From NCBI GenBank assembly GCA_964247055.1, contig OZ176050.1, positions 744,001 to 808,000 on the forward strand: a DNA stretch of 64,000 bases. The letters are read 5' to 3'. The translations under genes and the position numbers were made by a program. Source of the DNA: Paragordius varius. Lineage: Eukaryota > Animalia > Nematomorpha. This document shows positions 1 through 10,699 of the stretch, one piece after another (within the stretch, counting starts at the first letter, position 1; each line of letters begins with the position of its first letter). Under the pieces are notes generated by a model. The model was not told where the DNA came from. It saw only the letters and a program-made list of their open reading frames with translations, and did no database searches.

Positions 1-53
1 TCCATCATCACCCCAAATATTTTCGAGATCGGAGTATAAATGTAATTTTTATG

Positions 54-77
54 AATTTTTTAAATATTTAAAAAATT
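54..77. repeat. Perfect 24-bp A/T palindrome AATTTTTTAAATATTTAAAAAATT, present in most monomers
   Basis: The sequence equals its own reverse complement. It extends to 30 bp (51-80) with one G/T mismatch. Confidence 0.97.
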
Positions 78-105
78 TATTTTATACGATTTTAAAAATA
101 AAAAT

Positions 106-163
106 GGCTACCTAAAATCCAAATTTGATCAGGTGATGTCGCCATAATTTTTTTTGGGTAGCC
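106..163. repeat. Intra-monomer inverted repeat ggctacctaaaa (106-117) / ttttgggtagcc (152-163), 11/12 complementary, 34-nt spacer
   Basis: The reverse complement of arm 1 is ttttaggtagcc. The spacer contains the palindromes caaatttg and tgatca and the dyad ggtga-tg-tcacc (e.g. 301-312). Confidence 0.9.
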
Positions 164-300
164 CTATGGTAGTTCCATCATCACCCCAAATATTTTCGAG
201 ATCGGAGTATAAATGTAATTATGAATTTTTAAATATTTAAAAAATTTATTTTATACGATTTTAAAAATAAAAATGGCTACCTAAAATCCAAATTTGATCA

Positions 301-3300
301 GGTGATGTCACCGGTAGCCCTATGGTAGTTCCATCATCACCCCAAATATTTTCGAGATCGGAGTATAAATGTAATTTTTATGAATTTTTTAAATATTTAA
401 AAAATTTATTTTATACGATTTTAAAAATTATAATGGCTTCCTAAAATCCAAATTTGATCAGGTGATGTCACCATAATTTTTTTTGGGTAGCCCTATGGTA
501 GTTCCATCATCACCCCAAATATTTTCGAGATCGGAGTATAAATGTAATTTTTATGAATTTTTTAAATATTTAAAAAATTTATTTTATACGATTATAAAAA
601 TAAAAATGGCTACCTAAAATCCAAATTTGATCATGTGATGTCACCATATTTTTTTTTGTGTAGCCCTATGGTAGTTCCATCATCACCCCAAATATTTTCG
701 AGATCGGAGTATAAACGTAATTTTTATGAATTTTTTAAATATTTAAAAAATTTATTTTATAATATTTTAAAAATAAAAATGGCTACCTAAAATCCAAATT
801 TGATCAGGTGATGTCACCATAATTTTTTTTGGGTAGCCCTATGGTAGTTCCATCATCACCCCAAATATTTTCGAGATCGGAGTATAAATGTAATTTTTAT
901 GAATTTTTTAAATATTTAAAAAATTTATTTTATACGATTTTAAAAATAAAAATGGCTACCTAAAATCCAAATTCGATCAGGTGATGTCGCCATAATTTTT
1001 TTTGGGTAGCCCTATAGTAGTTCCATCATCACCCCAAATATTTTCGAGATCGGAGTATAAATGTAATTTTTATGAATTTTTTAAATATTTAAAAAATTTA
1101 TCTTATACGATTTTAAAAATAAAAATGGCTACCTAAAATCCAAATTTGATCAGGTGATGTCACCATAATTTTTTTTGGGTAGCCCTATGGTACTTCCATC
1201 ATCACCCCAAATATTGTCGAGATCGGAGTATAAATGTAATTTTTTTGAATTTTTTAAATATTTAAAAAATTTATTTTATACGATTTTAAAAATAAAAATG
1301 GCTACCTAAAATCCAAATTTGATAAGGTGATGTCGCCATAATTTTTTTTGGGTAGCCCTATGGTAGTTCCATCATCACCCCAAATATTGTCGAGATCGGA
1401 GTATAAATGTAATTTTTTTGAATTTTTTAAATATTTAAAAAATTTATTTTATACGATTTTAAAAATAAAAATGGCTACCCAAAATCCAAATTTGATCAGG
1501 TGATGTCACCATAATTTTTTTTGGGTAGCCCTATGGTAGTTCCATCATCACCCCAAATATTTTGGGGATCGGACTATAAATATAATTTTTATGAATTTTT
1601 TAAATATTTAAAAAATTTATTTTATACGATTTTAAGAATAAAAATGGCTACCTAAAATCTAAATTTGATCAGGTGATGTCACCATAATTTTTTTTGGGTA
1701 GCCCTATGGTAGTTTCATCATCACCCCAAATATTTTGGGGATCGGACTATAAATGTAATTTTTATGAATTTTTTAAATATTTAAAAAATTTATTTTATAC
1801 GATTTTAAAAATATAAATGGCTACCTAAAATCCAAATTTGATCAGGTGATGTCACCATAATTTTTTTGAGGTAGCCCTATGGTAGTTCCATCATCACCCC
1901 AAATATTTTCGAGATCGGAGTATAAATGTAATTTTTATGAATTTTTTAAATATTTAAAAAATTTATTTTATACGATTTTAAAAAGAAAAATGGCTACCTA
2001 AAATCCAAATTTGATCAGGTGATGTCGCCATAATTTTTTTTGCGTAGTCCTATGGTAGTTCCATCATCACCCCAAATATTTTGGGGATCGGACTATAAAT
2101 GTAATTTTTATGAATATTTAAAAAATTTAAAAAATTTATTTTATACGATTTTAAAAATATAAATGGCTACCTAAAATCCAAATTTGATCAGGTGATGTCA
2201 CCATAATTTTTTTGAGGTAGCCCTATGGTAGTTCCATCATCACCCCAAATATTTTCGAGATCGGAGTATAAATGTAATTTTTATGAATTTTTTAAATATT
2301 TAAAAAATTTATTTTATACGATTTTAAAAATAAAAATGGCTACCTAAAATCCTAATTTGATCAGGTGATGTCGCCATAATTTTTTTTGGGTAGCCCTATG
2401 GTAGTTCCATCATCACCCCAAATATTTTTGAGATCGGACTTTAAATGTAATTTTTATGAATTTTTTAAATATTTAAAAAATTTATTTTATACGATTTTAA
2501 AAATAAAAATGGCTACCTAAAATCCAAATTTGATCAGGTGATGCCACCATAATTTTTTTTGGGTAGCCCTATGGTAGTTCCATCATCACCCCAAATATTT
2601 TCGAGATCGGAGTATAAATGTAATTTTTATGAATTTTTTAAATATTTAAAAAATTTATTTTATACGATTTTAAAAATAAAAATGGCTACCTAAAATCCAA
2701 ATTTGATCAGGTGATGTCACCATTATTTTTTTTGGGTAGCCCTATGGTAGTTCCATCATCACCCCAAATATTTTCGAGATCGGAGTATAAATGTAATTTT
2801 TATGAATTTTTTAAATATTTAAAAAATTTATTTTCTACGATATTAAAAATAAAAATGGCTACCTAAAATCCAAATTTGATCAGGTGATGTCACCATAATT
2901 TTTTTTGGGTAGCCCTATGGTAATTCCATCATCACCCCAAATATTGTCGAGATCGGAGTATAAATGTAATTTTTATGAATTTTTTAAATATTTAAAAAAT
3001 TTATTTTATACGGGCTACCTAAAATCCAAATTTGATCAGGTGATGTCACTATAATTTTTTTGGGTAGCCCTATGGTAGTTCCATCATCACCCCAAATATT
3101 GTCGAGATCGGAGTATAAATGTAATTTTTATGAATTTTTTAAATATTTAAAAAATTTATTTTATACGATTTTAAAAATAAAAATGGCTACCTAAAATCCA
3201 AATTTGATCAGGTGATGTCACCATAATTTTTTTTGGGTAGCCCTATGGTAGTTCCATCATCACCCCAAATATTTTCGAGATCGGAGTATAAATGTAATTT

Positions 3301-6300
3301 TTATGAATTTTTTAAATATTTAAAAAATTTATTTTATACGATTTTAAAAATAAAAATGGCTACCTAAAATCCAAATTTGATCAGGTGATGTCACCATAAT
3401 TTTTTTTGGGTAGCCCTATGGTACTTCCATCATCACCCCAAATATTGTCGAGATCGGAGTATAAATGTAATTTTTTTGAATTTTTTAAATATTTAAAAAA
3501 TTTATTTTATACGATTTTAAAAATAAAAATGGCTACCTAAAATCCAAATTTGATAAGGTGATGTCGCCATAATTTTTTTTGGGTAGCCCTATGGTAGTTC
3601 CATCATCACCCCAAATATTGTCGAGATCGGAGTATAAATGTAATTTTTTTGAATTTTTTAAATATTTAAAAAATTTATTTTATACGATTTTAAAAATAAA
3701 AATGGCTACCTAAAATCCAAATTTGATCAGGTGATGTCACCATAATTTTTTTTGGGTAGCCCTATGGTTGTTCCATCATCACCCCAAATATTTTGGGGAT
3801 CGGACTATAAATATAATTTTTATGAATTTTTTAAATATTTAAAAAATTTATTTTATACGATTTTAAGAATAAAAATGGCTACCTAAAATCTAAATTTGAT
3901 CAGGTGATGTCACCATAATTTTTTTTGGGTAGCCCTATGGTAGTTTCATCATCACCCCAAATATTTTGGGGATCGGACTATAAATGTAATTTTTATGAAT
4001 TTTTTAAATATTTAAAAAATTTATTTTATACGATTTTAAAAATATAAATGGCTACCTAAAATCCAAATTTGATCAGGTGATGTCACCATAATTTTTTTGA
4101 GGTAGCCCTATGGTAGTTCCATCATCACCCCAAATATTTTCGAGATCGGAGTATAAATGTAATTTTTATGTATTTTTTAAATATTTAAAAAATTTATTTT
4201 ATACGATTTTAAAAAGAAAAATGGCTACCTAAAATCCAAATTTGATCAGGTGATGTCGCCATAATTTTTTTTGCGTAGTCCTATGGTAGTTCCATCATCA
4301 CCCCAAATATTTTGGGGATCGGACTATAAATGTAATTTTTATGAATATTTAAAAAATTTATTTTATACGATTTTAAAAATAAAAATGGCTACCTAAAATC
4401 CAAATTTGATCAGGTGATGTCAGCATAATTTTTTTTGGGTAGCCCTATGGTAGTTCCATCATCACCCCAAATATTGTCGAGATCGGAGTATAAATGTAAT
4501 TTTTATGAATTTTTTAAATATTTAAAAAATTGATTTTATACGATTTTAAAAATAAAAATGGCTACCTAAAATCCAAATTTGATCAGGTGATGTCACTATA
4601 ATTTTTTTTGGGTAGCCCTATGGTAGTTCCATCATCACCCCAAATATTTTCGAGATCGGAGTATAAATGTAATTTTTATGAATTTTTTAAATATTTAAAA
4701 AATTTATTTTATACGATTTTAAAAATAAAAATGGCTACCTAAAATCCAAATTTGATCAGGTGATGTCGCCATAATTTTTTTTGGGTAGCCCTATGGTAGT
4801 TCCATCATCACCCCAAATATTTTTGAGATCGGACTTTAAATGTAATTTTTATGAATTTTTTAAATATTTAAAAAATTTATTTTATACGATTTTAAAAATA
4901 AAAATGGCTACCTAAAATCCAAATTTGATCAGGTGATGCCACCATAATTTTTTTTGGGTAGCCCTATGGTAGTTCCATCATCACCCCAAATATTTTCGAG
5001 ATCGGAGTATAAATGTAATTTTTATGAATTTTTTAAATATTTAAAAAATTTATTTTATACGATTTTAAAAATAAAAATGGCTACCTAAAATCCAAATTTG
5101 ATCAGGTGATGTCACCATTATTTTTTTTGGGTAGCCCTATGGTAGTTCCATCATCACCCCAAATATTTTCGAGATCGGAGTATAAATGTAATTTTTATGA
5201 ATTTTTTAAATATTTAAAAAATTTATTTTCTACTATATTAAAAATAAAAATGGCTACCTAAAATCCAAATTTGATCAGGTGATGTCACCATAATTTTTTT
5301 TGGGTAGCCCTATGGTAATTCCATCATCACCCCAAATATTGTCGAGATCGGAGTATAAATGTAATTTTTATGAATTTTTTAAATATTTAAAAAATTTATT
5401 TTATACGGGCTACCTAAAATCCAAATTTGATCAGGTGATGTCACTATAATTTTTTTGGGTAGCCCTATGGTAGTTCCATCATCACCCCAAATATTGTCGA
5501 GATCGGAGTATAAATGTAATTTTTATGAATTTTTTAAATATTTAAAAAATTTATTTTATACGATTTTAAAAATAAAAATGGCTACCTAAAATCCAAATTT
5601 GATCAGGTGATGTCACCATAATTTTTTTTGGGTAGCCCTATGGTAGTTCCATCATCACCCCAAATATTTTCGAGATCGGAGTATAAATGTAATTTTTATG
5701 AATTTTTTAAATATTTAAAAAATTTATTTTATACGATTTTAAAAATAAAAATGGCTACCTAAAATCCAAATTTGATCAGGTGATGTCACTATAATTTTTT
5801 TGGGTAGCCCTATGGTAGTTCCATCATCACCCCAAATATTGTCGAGATCGGAGTATAAATGTAATTTTTATGAATTTTTTAAATATTTAAAAAATTTATT
5901 TTATACGATTTTAAAAATAAAAATGGCTACCTAAAATCCAAATTTGATCAGGTGATGTCACCGGTAGCCCTATGATAGTTCCATCATCACCCCAAATATT
6001 TTCGAGATCGGAGTATAAATGTAATTTTTATGAATTTTTTAAATATTTAAAAAATTTATTTTATACGATTTTAAAAATTATAATGGCTTCCTAAAATCCA
6101 AATTTGATCAGGTGATGTCACCATAATTTTTTTTGGGTAGCCCTATGGTAGTTCCATCATCACCCCAAATATTTTCGAGATCGGAGTATAAATGTAATTT
6201 TTATGAATTTTTTAAATATTTAAAAAATTTATTTTATACGATTATAAAAATAAAAATGGCTACCTAAAATCCAAATTTGATCATGTGATGTCACCATATT

Positions 6301-7200
6301 TTTTTTTGTGTAGCCCTATGGTAGTTCCATCATCACCCCAAATATTTTCGAGATCGGAGTATAAATGTAATTTTTATGAATTTTTTAAATATTTAAAAAA
6401 TTTATTTTATAATATTTTAAAAATAAAAATGGCTACCTAAAATCCAAATTTGATCAGGTGATGTCACCATAATTTTTTTTGGGTAGCCCTATGGTAGTTC
6501 CATCATCACCCCAAATATTTTCGAGATCGGAGTATAAATGTAATTTTTATGAATTTTTTAAATATTTAAAAAATTTATTTTATACGATTTTAAAAATAAA
6601 AATGGCTACCTAAAATCCAAATTCGATCAGGTGATGTCGCCATAATTTTTTTTGGGTAGCCCTATAGTAGTTCCATCATCACCCCAAATATTTTCGAGAT
6701 CGGAGTATAAATGTAATTTTTATGAATTTTTTAAATATTTAAAAAATTTAATTTATACGATTTTAAAAATAAAAATGGCTACCTAAAATCCAAATTTGAT
6801 CAGGTGATGTCACCATAATTTTTTTTGGGTAGCCCTATGGTAGTTCCATCATCACCCCAAATATTGTCGAGATCGGAGTATAAATGTAATTTTTTTGAAT
6901 TTTTTAAATATTTAAAAAATTTATTTTATACGATTTTAAAAATAAAAATGGCTACCTAAAATCCAAATTTGATAAGGTGATGTCGCCATAATTTTTTTTG
7001 GGTAGCCCTATGGTAGTTCCATCATCACCCCAAATATTGTCGAGATCGGAGTATAAATGTAATTTTTTTGAATTTTTTAAATATTTAAAAAATTTATTTT
7101 ATACGATTTTAAAAATAAAAATGGCTACCTAAAATCCAAATTTGATCAGGTGATGTCACCATAATTTTTTTTGGGTAGCCCTATGGTAGTTCCATCATCA
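301..7200. repeat. Segmental duplication at 5650-bp offset (33 monomers): about 301-1550 copied at about 5951-7200
   Basis: Rare variants recur exactly 5650 bp apart: 13-bp deletion 312/5962, taatggcttc 431/6081, attataaaaa 591/6241, gatcatgtg 634/6284, cg>at 762/6412, gataagg 1321/6971. 33x173 minus the counted deletions (59 bp) equals 5650. Confidence 0.93.
1150..5745. repeat. 13/14-monomer higher-order duplication (offsets 2231 and 2395 bp)
   Basis: Offset 2231: tacttcc 1191/3422, gataagg 1321/3552. Offset 2395: ggacttta block 2431/4826, ccattatt 2724/5119, 17-bp deletion 3011/5406. Confidence 0.9.
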
Positions 7201-8600
7201 CCCCAAATATTTTCGAGATCGGAGTATAAATGTAATTTTTATGAATTTTTTAAATATTTAAAAAATTTATTTTATAATATTTTAAAAATAAAAATGGCTA
7301 CCTAAAATCCAAATTTGATCAGGTGATGTCACCATAATTTTTTTTGGGTAGCCCTATGGTAGTTCCATCATCACCCCAAATATTTTCGAGATCGGAGTAT
7401 AAATGTAATTTTTATGAATTTTTTAAATATTTAAAAAATTTATTTTATACGATTTTAAAAATAAAAATGGCTACCTAAAATCCAAATTCGATCAGGTGAT
7501 GTCGCCATAATTTTTTTTGGGTAGCCCTATAGTAGTTCCATCATCACCCCAAATATTTTCGAGATCGGAGTATAAATGTAATTTTTATGAATTTTTTAAA
7601 TATTTAAAAAATTTATTTTATACGATTTTAAAAATAAAAATGGCTACCTAAAATCCAAATTCGATCAGGTGATGTCGCCATAATTTTTTTTGGGTAGCCC
7701 TATAGTAGTTCCATCATCACCCCAAATATTTTCGAGATCGGAGTATAAATGTAATTTTTATGAATTTTTTAAATATTTAAAAAATTTAATTTATACGATT
7801 TTAAAAATAAAAATGGCTACCTAAAATCCAAATTTGATCAGGTGATGTCACCATAATTTTTTTTGGGTAGCCCTATGGTAGTTCCATCATCACCCCAAAT
7901 ATTGTCGAGATCGGAGTATAAATGTAATTTTTTTGAATTTTTTAAATATTTAAAAAATTTATTTTATACGATTTTAAAAATAAAAATGGCTACCTAAAAT
8001 CCAAATTTGATAAGGTGATGTCGCCATAATTTTTTTTGGGTAGCCCTATGGTAGTTCCATCATCACCCCAAATATTGTCGAGATCGGAGTATAAATGTAA
8101 TTTTTTTGAATTTTTTAAATATTTAAAAAATTTATTTTATACGATTTTAAAAATAAAAATGGCTACCTAAAATCCAAATTTGATCAGGTGATGTCACCAT
8201 AATTTTTTTTGGGTAGCCCTATGGTAGTTCCATCATCACCCCAAATATTTTCGAGATCGGAGTATAAATGTAATTTTTATGAATTTTTTAAATATTTAAA
8301 AAATTTATTTTATAATATTTTAAAAATAAAAATGGCTACCTAAAATCCAAATTTGATCAGGTGATGTCACCATAATTTTTTTTGGGTAGCCCTATGGTAG
8401 TTCCATCATCACCCCAAATATTTTCGAGATCGGAGTATAAATGTAATTTTTATGAATTTTTTAAATATTTAAAAAATTTATTTTATACGATTTTAAAAAT
8501 AAAAATGGCTACCTAAAATCCAAATTCGATCAGGTGATGTCGCCATAATTTTTTTTGGGTAGCCCTATAGTAGTTCCATCATCACCCCAAATATTTTCGA
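6400..8600. repeat. 5- and 6-monomer tandem duplications (865 and 1038 bp)
   Basis: ataatat variant at 6409/7274/8312; gataagg at 6971/8009; tttaattt variant at 6751/7789. Confidence 0.88.
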
Positions 8601-10699
8601 GATCGGAGTATAAATGTAATTTTTATGAATTTTTTAAATATTTAAAAAATTTATTTTATACGATTTTAAAAATAAAAATGGCTACCTAAAATCCAAATTT
8701 GATCAGGTGATGTCACCATAATTTTTTTTGGGTAGCCCTATGGTACTTCCATCATCACCCCAAATATTGTCGAGATCGGAGTATAAATGTAATTTTTTTG
8801 AATTTTTTAAATATTTAAAAAATTTATTTTATACGATTTTAAAAATAAAAATGGCTACCTAAAATCCAAATTTGATAAGGTGATGTCGCCATAATTTTTT
8901 TTGGGTAGCCCTATGGTAGTTCCATCATCACCCCAAATATTGTCGAGATCGGAGTATAAATGTAATTTTTTTGAATTTTTTAAATATTTAAAAAATTTAT
9001 TTTATACGATTTTAAAAATAAAAATGGCTACCTAAAATCCAAATTTGATCAGGTGATGTCACCATAATTTTTTTTGGGTAGCCCTATGGTAGTTCCATCA
9101 TCACCCCAAATATTTTGGGGATCGGACTATAAATATAATTTTTATGAATTTTTTAAATATTTAAAAAATTTATTTTATACGATTTTAAGAATAAAAATGG
9201 CTACCTAAAATCTAAATTTGATCAGGTGATGTCACCATAATTTTTTTTGGGTAGCCCTATGGTAGTTTCATCATCACCCCAAATATTTTGGGGATCGGAC
9301 TATAAATGTAATTTTTATGAATTTTTTAAATATTTAAAAAATTTATTTTATACGATTTTAAAAATAAAAATGGCTACCTAAAATCCAAATTTGATCATGT
9401 GATGTCACCATATTTTTTTTTGTGTAGCCCTATGGTAGTTCCATCATCACCCCAAATATTTTCGAGATCGGAGTATAAATGTAATTTTTATGAATTTTTT
9501 AAATATTTAAAAAATTTATTTTATAATATTTTAAAAATAAAAATGGCTACCTAAAATCCAAATTTGATCAGGTGATGTCACCATAATTTTTTTTGGGTAG
9601 CCCTATGGTAGTTCCATCATCACCCCAAATATTTTCGAGATCGGAGTATAAATGTAATTTTTATGAATTTTTTAAATATTTAAAAAATTTATTTTATACG
9701 ATTTTAAAAATAAAAATGGCTACCTAAAATCCAAATTCGATCAGGTGATGTCGCCATAATTTTTTTTGGGTAGCCCTATAGTAGTTCCATCATCACCCCA
9801 AATATTTTCGAGATCGGAGTATAAATGTAATTTTTATGAATTTTTTAAATATTTAAAAAATTTATTTTATAATATTTTAAAAATAAAAATGGCTACCTAA
9901 AATCCAAATTTGATCAGGTGATGTCACCATAATTTTTTTTGGGTAACCCTATGGTAGTTCCATCATCACCCCAAATATTTTCGAGATCGGAGTATAAATG
10001 TAATTTTTATGAATTTTTTAAATATTTAAAAAATTTATTTTATACGATTTTAAAAATAAAAATGGCTACCTAAAATCCAAATTCGATCAGGTGATGTCGC
10101 CATAATTTTTTTTGGGTAGCCCTATAGTAGTTCCATCATCACCCCAAATATTTTCGAGATCGGAGTATAAATGTAATTTTTATGAATTTTTTAAATATTT
10201 AAAAAATTTATTTTATACGATTTTAAAAATAAAAATGGCTACCTAAAATCCAAATTTGATCAGGTGATGTCACCATAATTTTTTTTGGGTAGCCCTATGG
10301 TACTTCCATCATCACCCCAAATATTGTCGAGATCGGAGTATAAATGTAATTTTTATGAATTTTTTAAATATTTAAAAAATTTATTTTATACGATATTAAA
10401 AATAAAAATGGCTGCCTAAAATCCAAATTTGATAAGGTGATGTCGCCATAATTTTTTTTGGGTAGCCCTATGGTAGTTCCATCATCACCCCAAATATTTT
10501 CGAGATCGGAGTATAAATGTAATTTTTATGAATTTTTTAAATATTTAAAAAATTTATTTTATACGATTTTAAAAATAAAAATGGGTACCTAAAATCCAAA
10601 TTTGATCAGGTGATGTCACCATAATTTTTTTTGGGTAGCCCTATGGTAGTTCCATCATCACCCCAAATATTTTGGGGATCGGACTATAAATATAATTTT

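Larger units (their letters stand above)
1..173 (+). repeat. Representative monomer (45-46 G+C of 173, about 26% GC)
   Basis: Counted directly. Restriction sites per monomer: GATC at 27-30 and 127-130, TGATCA (BclI) at 126-131, AATATT (SspI) at 16-21 and 63-68, TCGA at 23-26. Confidence 0.97.

Noticed and set aside
21-37. CENP-B box resemblance (TTCG...CGG)
   Set aside because: The spacing does not fit TTCGnnnnAnnCGGG: CGG follows TTCG after 4 nt rather than 7, and the required A is absent.
35-102. TATAAA (35-40) and AATAAA (97-102) as promoter and polyadenylation signals
   Set aside because: Expected by chance in a 94% AT tract, and there is no gene context.
104-115. ORF aaaaATG GCT ACC TAA (Met-Ala-Thr-stop) in each monomer, and coding potential generally
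   Set aside because: Only three codons long. The AT-rich half is dense in stop codons on both strands and 173 is not a multiple of 3, so no credible CDS exists.
146-155. 7T versus 8T variation as pure sequencing error
   Set aside because: The 7T allele co-segregates with the cact allele and fits duplication offsets exactly, so much of it is real. Isolated homopolymer changes remain uncertain.
1-173. Primate alpha satellite, CEN178, Drosophila 1.688, 5S rDNA or tRNA tandem array
   Set aside because: Only the size is similar to some of these. I recognise no sequence similarity, no Pol III A/B boxes and no cloverleaf.
1551-1567. G-quadruplex or i-motif from gggg/cccc runs
   Set aside because: There are only one or two G runs per strand per monomer, widely spaced, not four closely spaced tracts.
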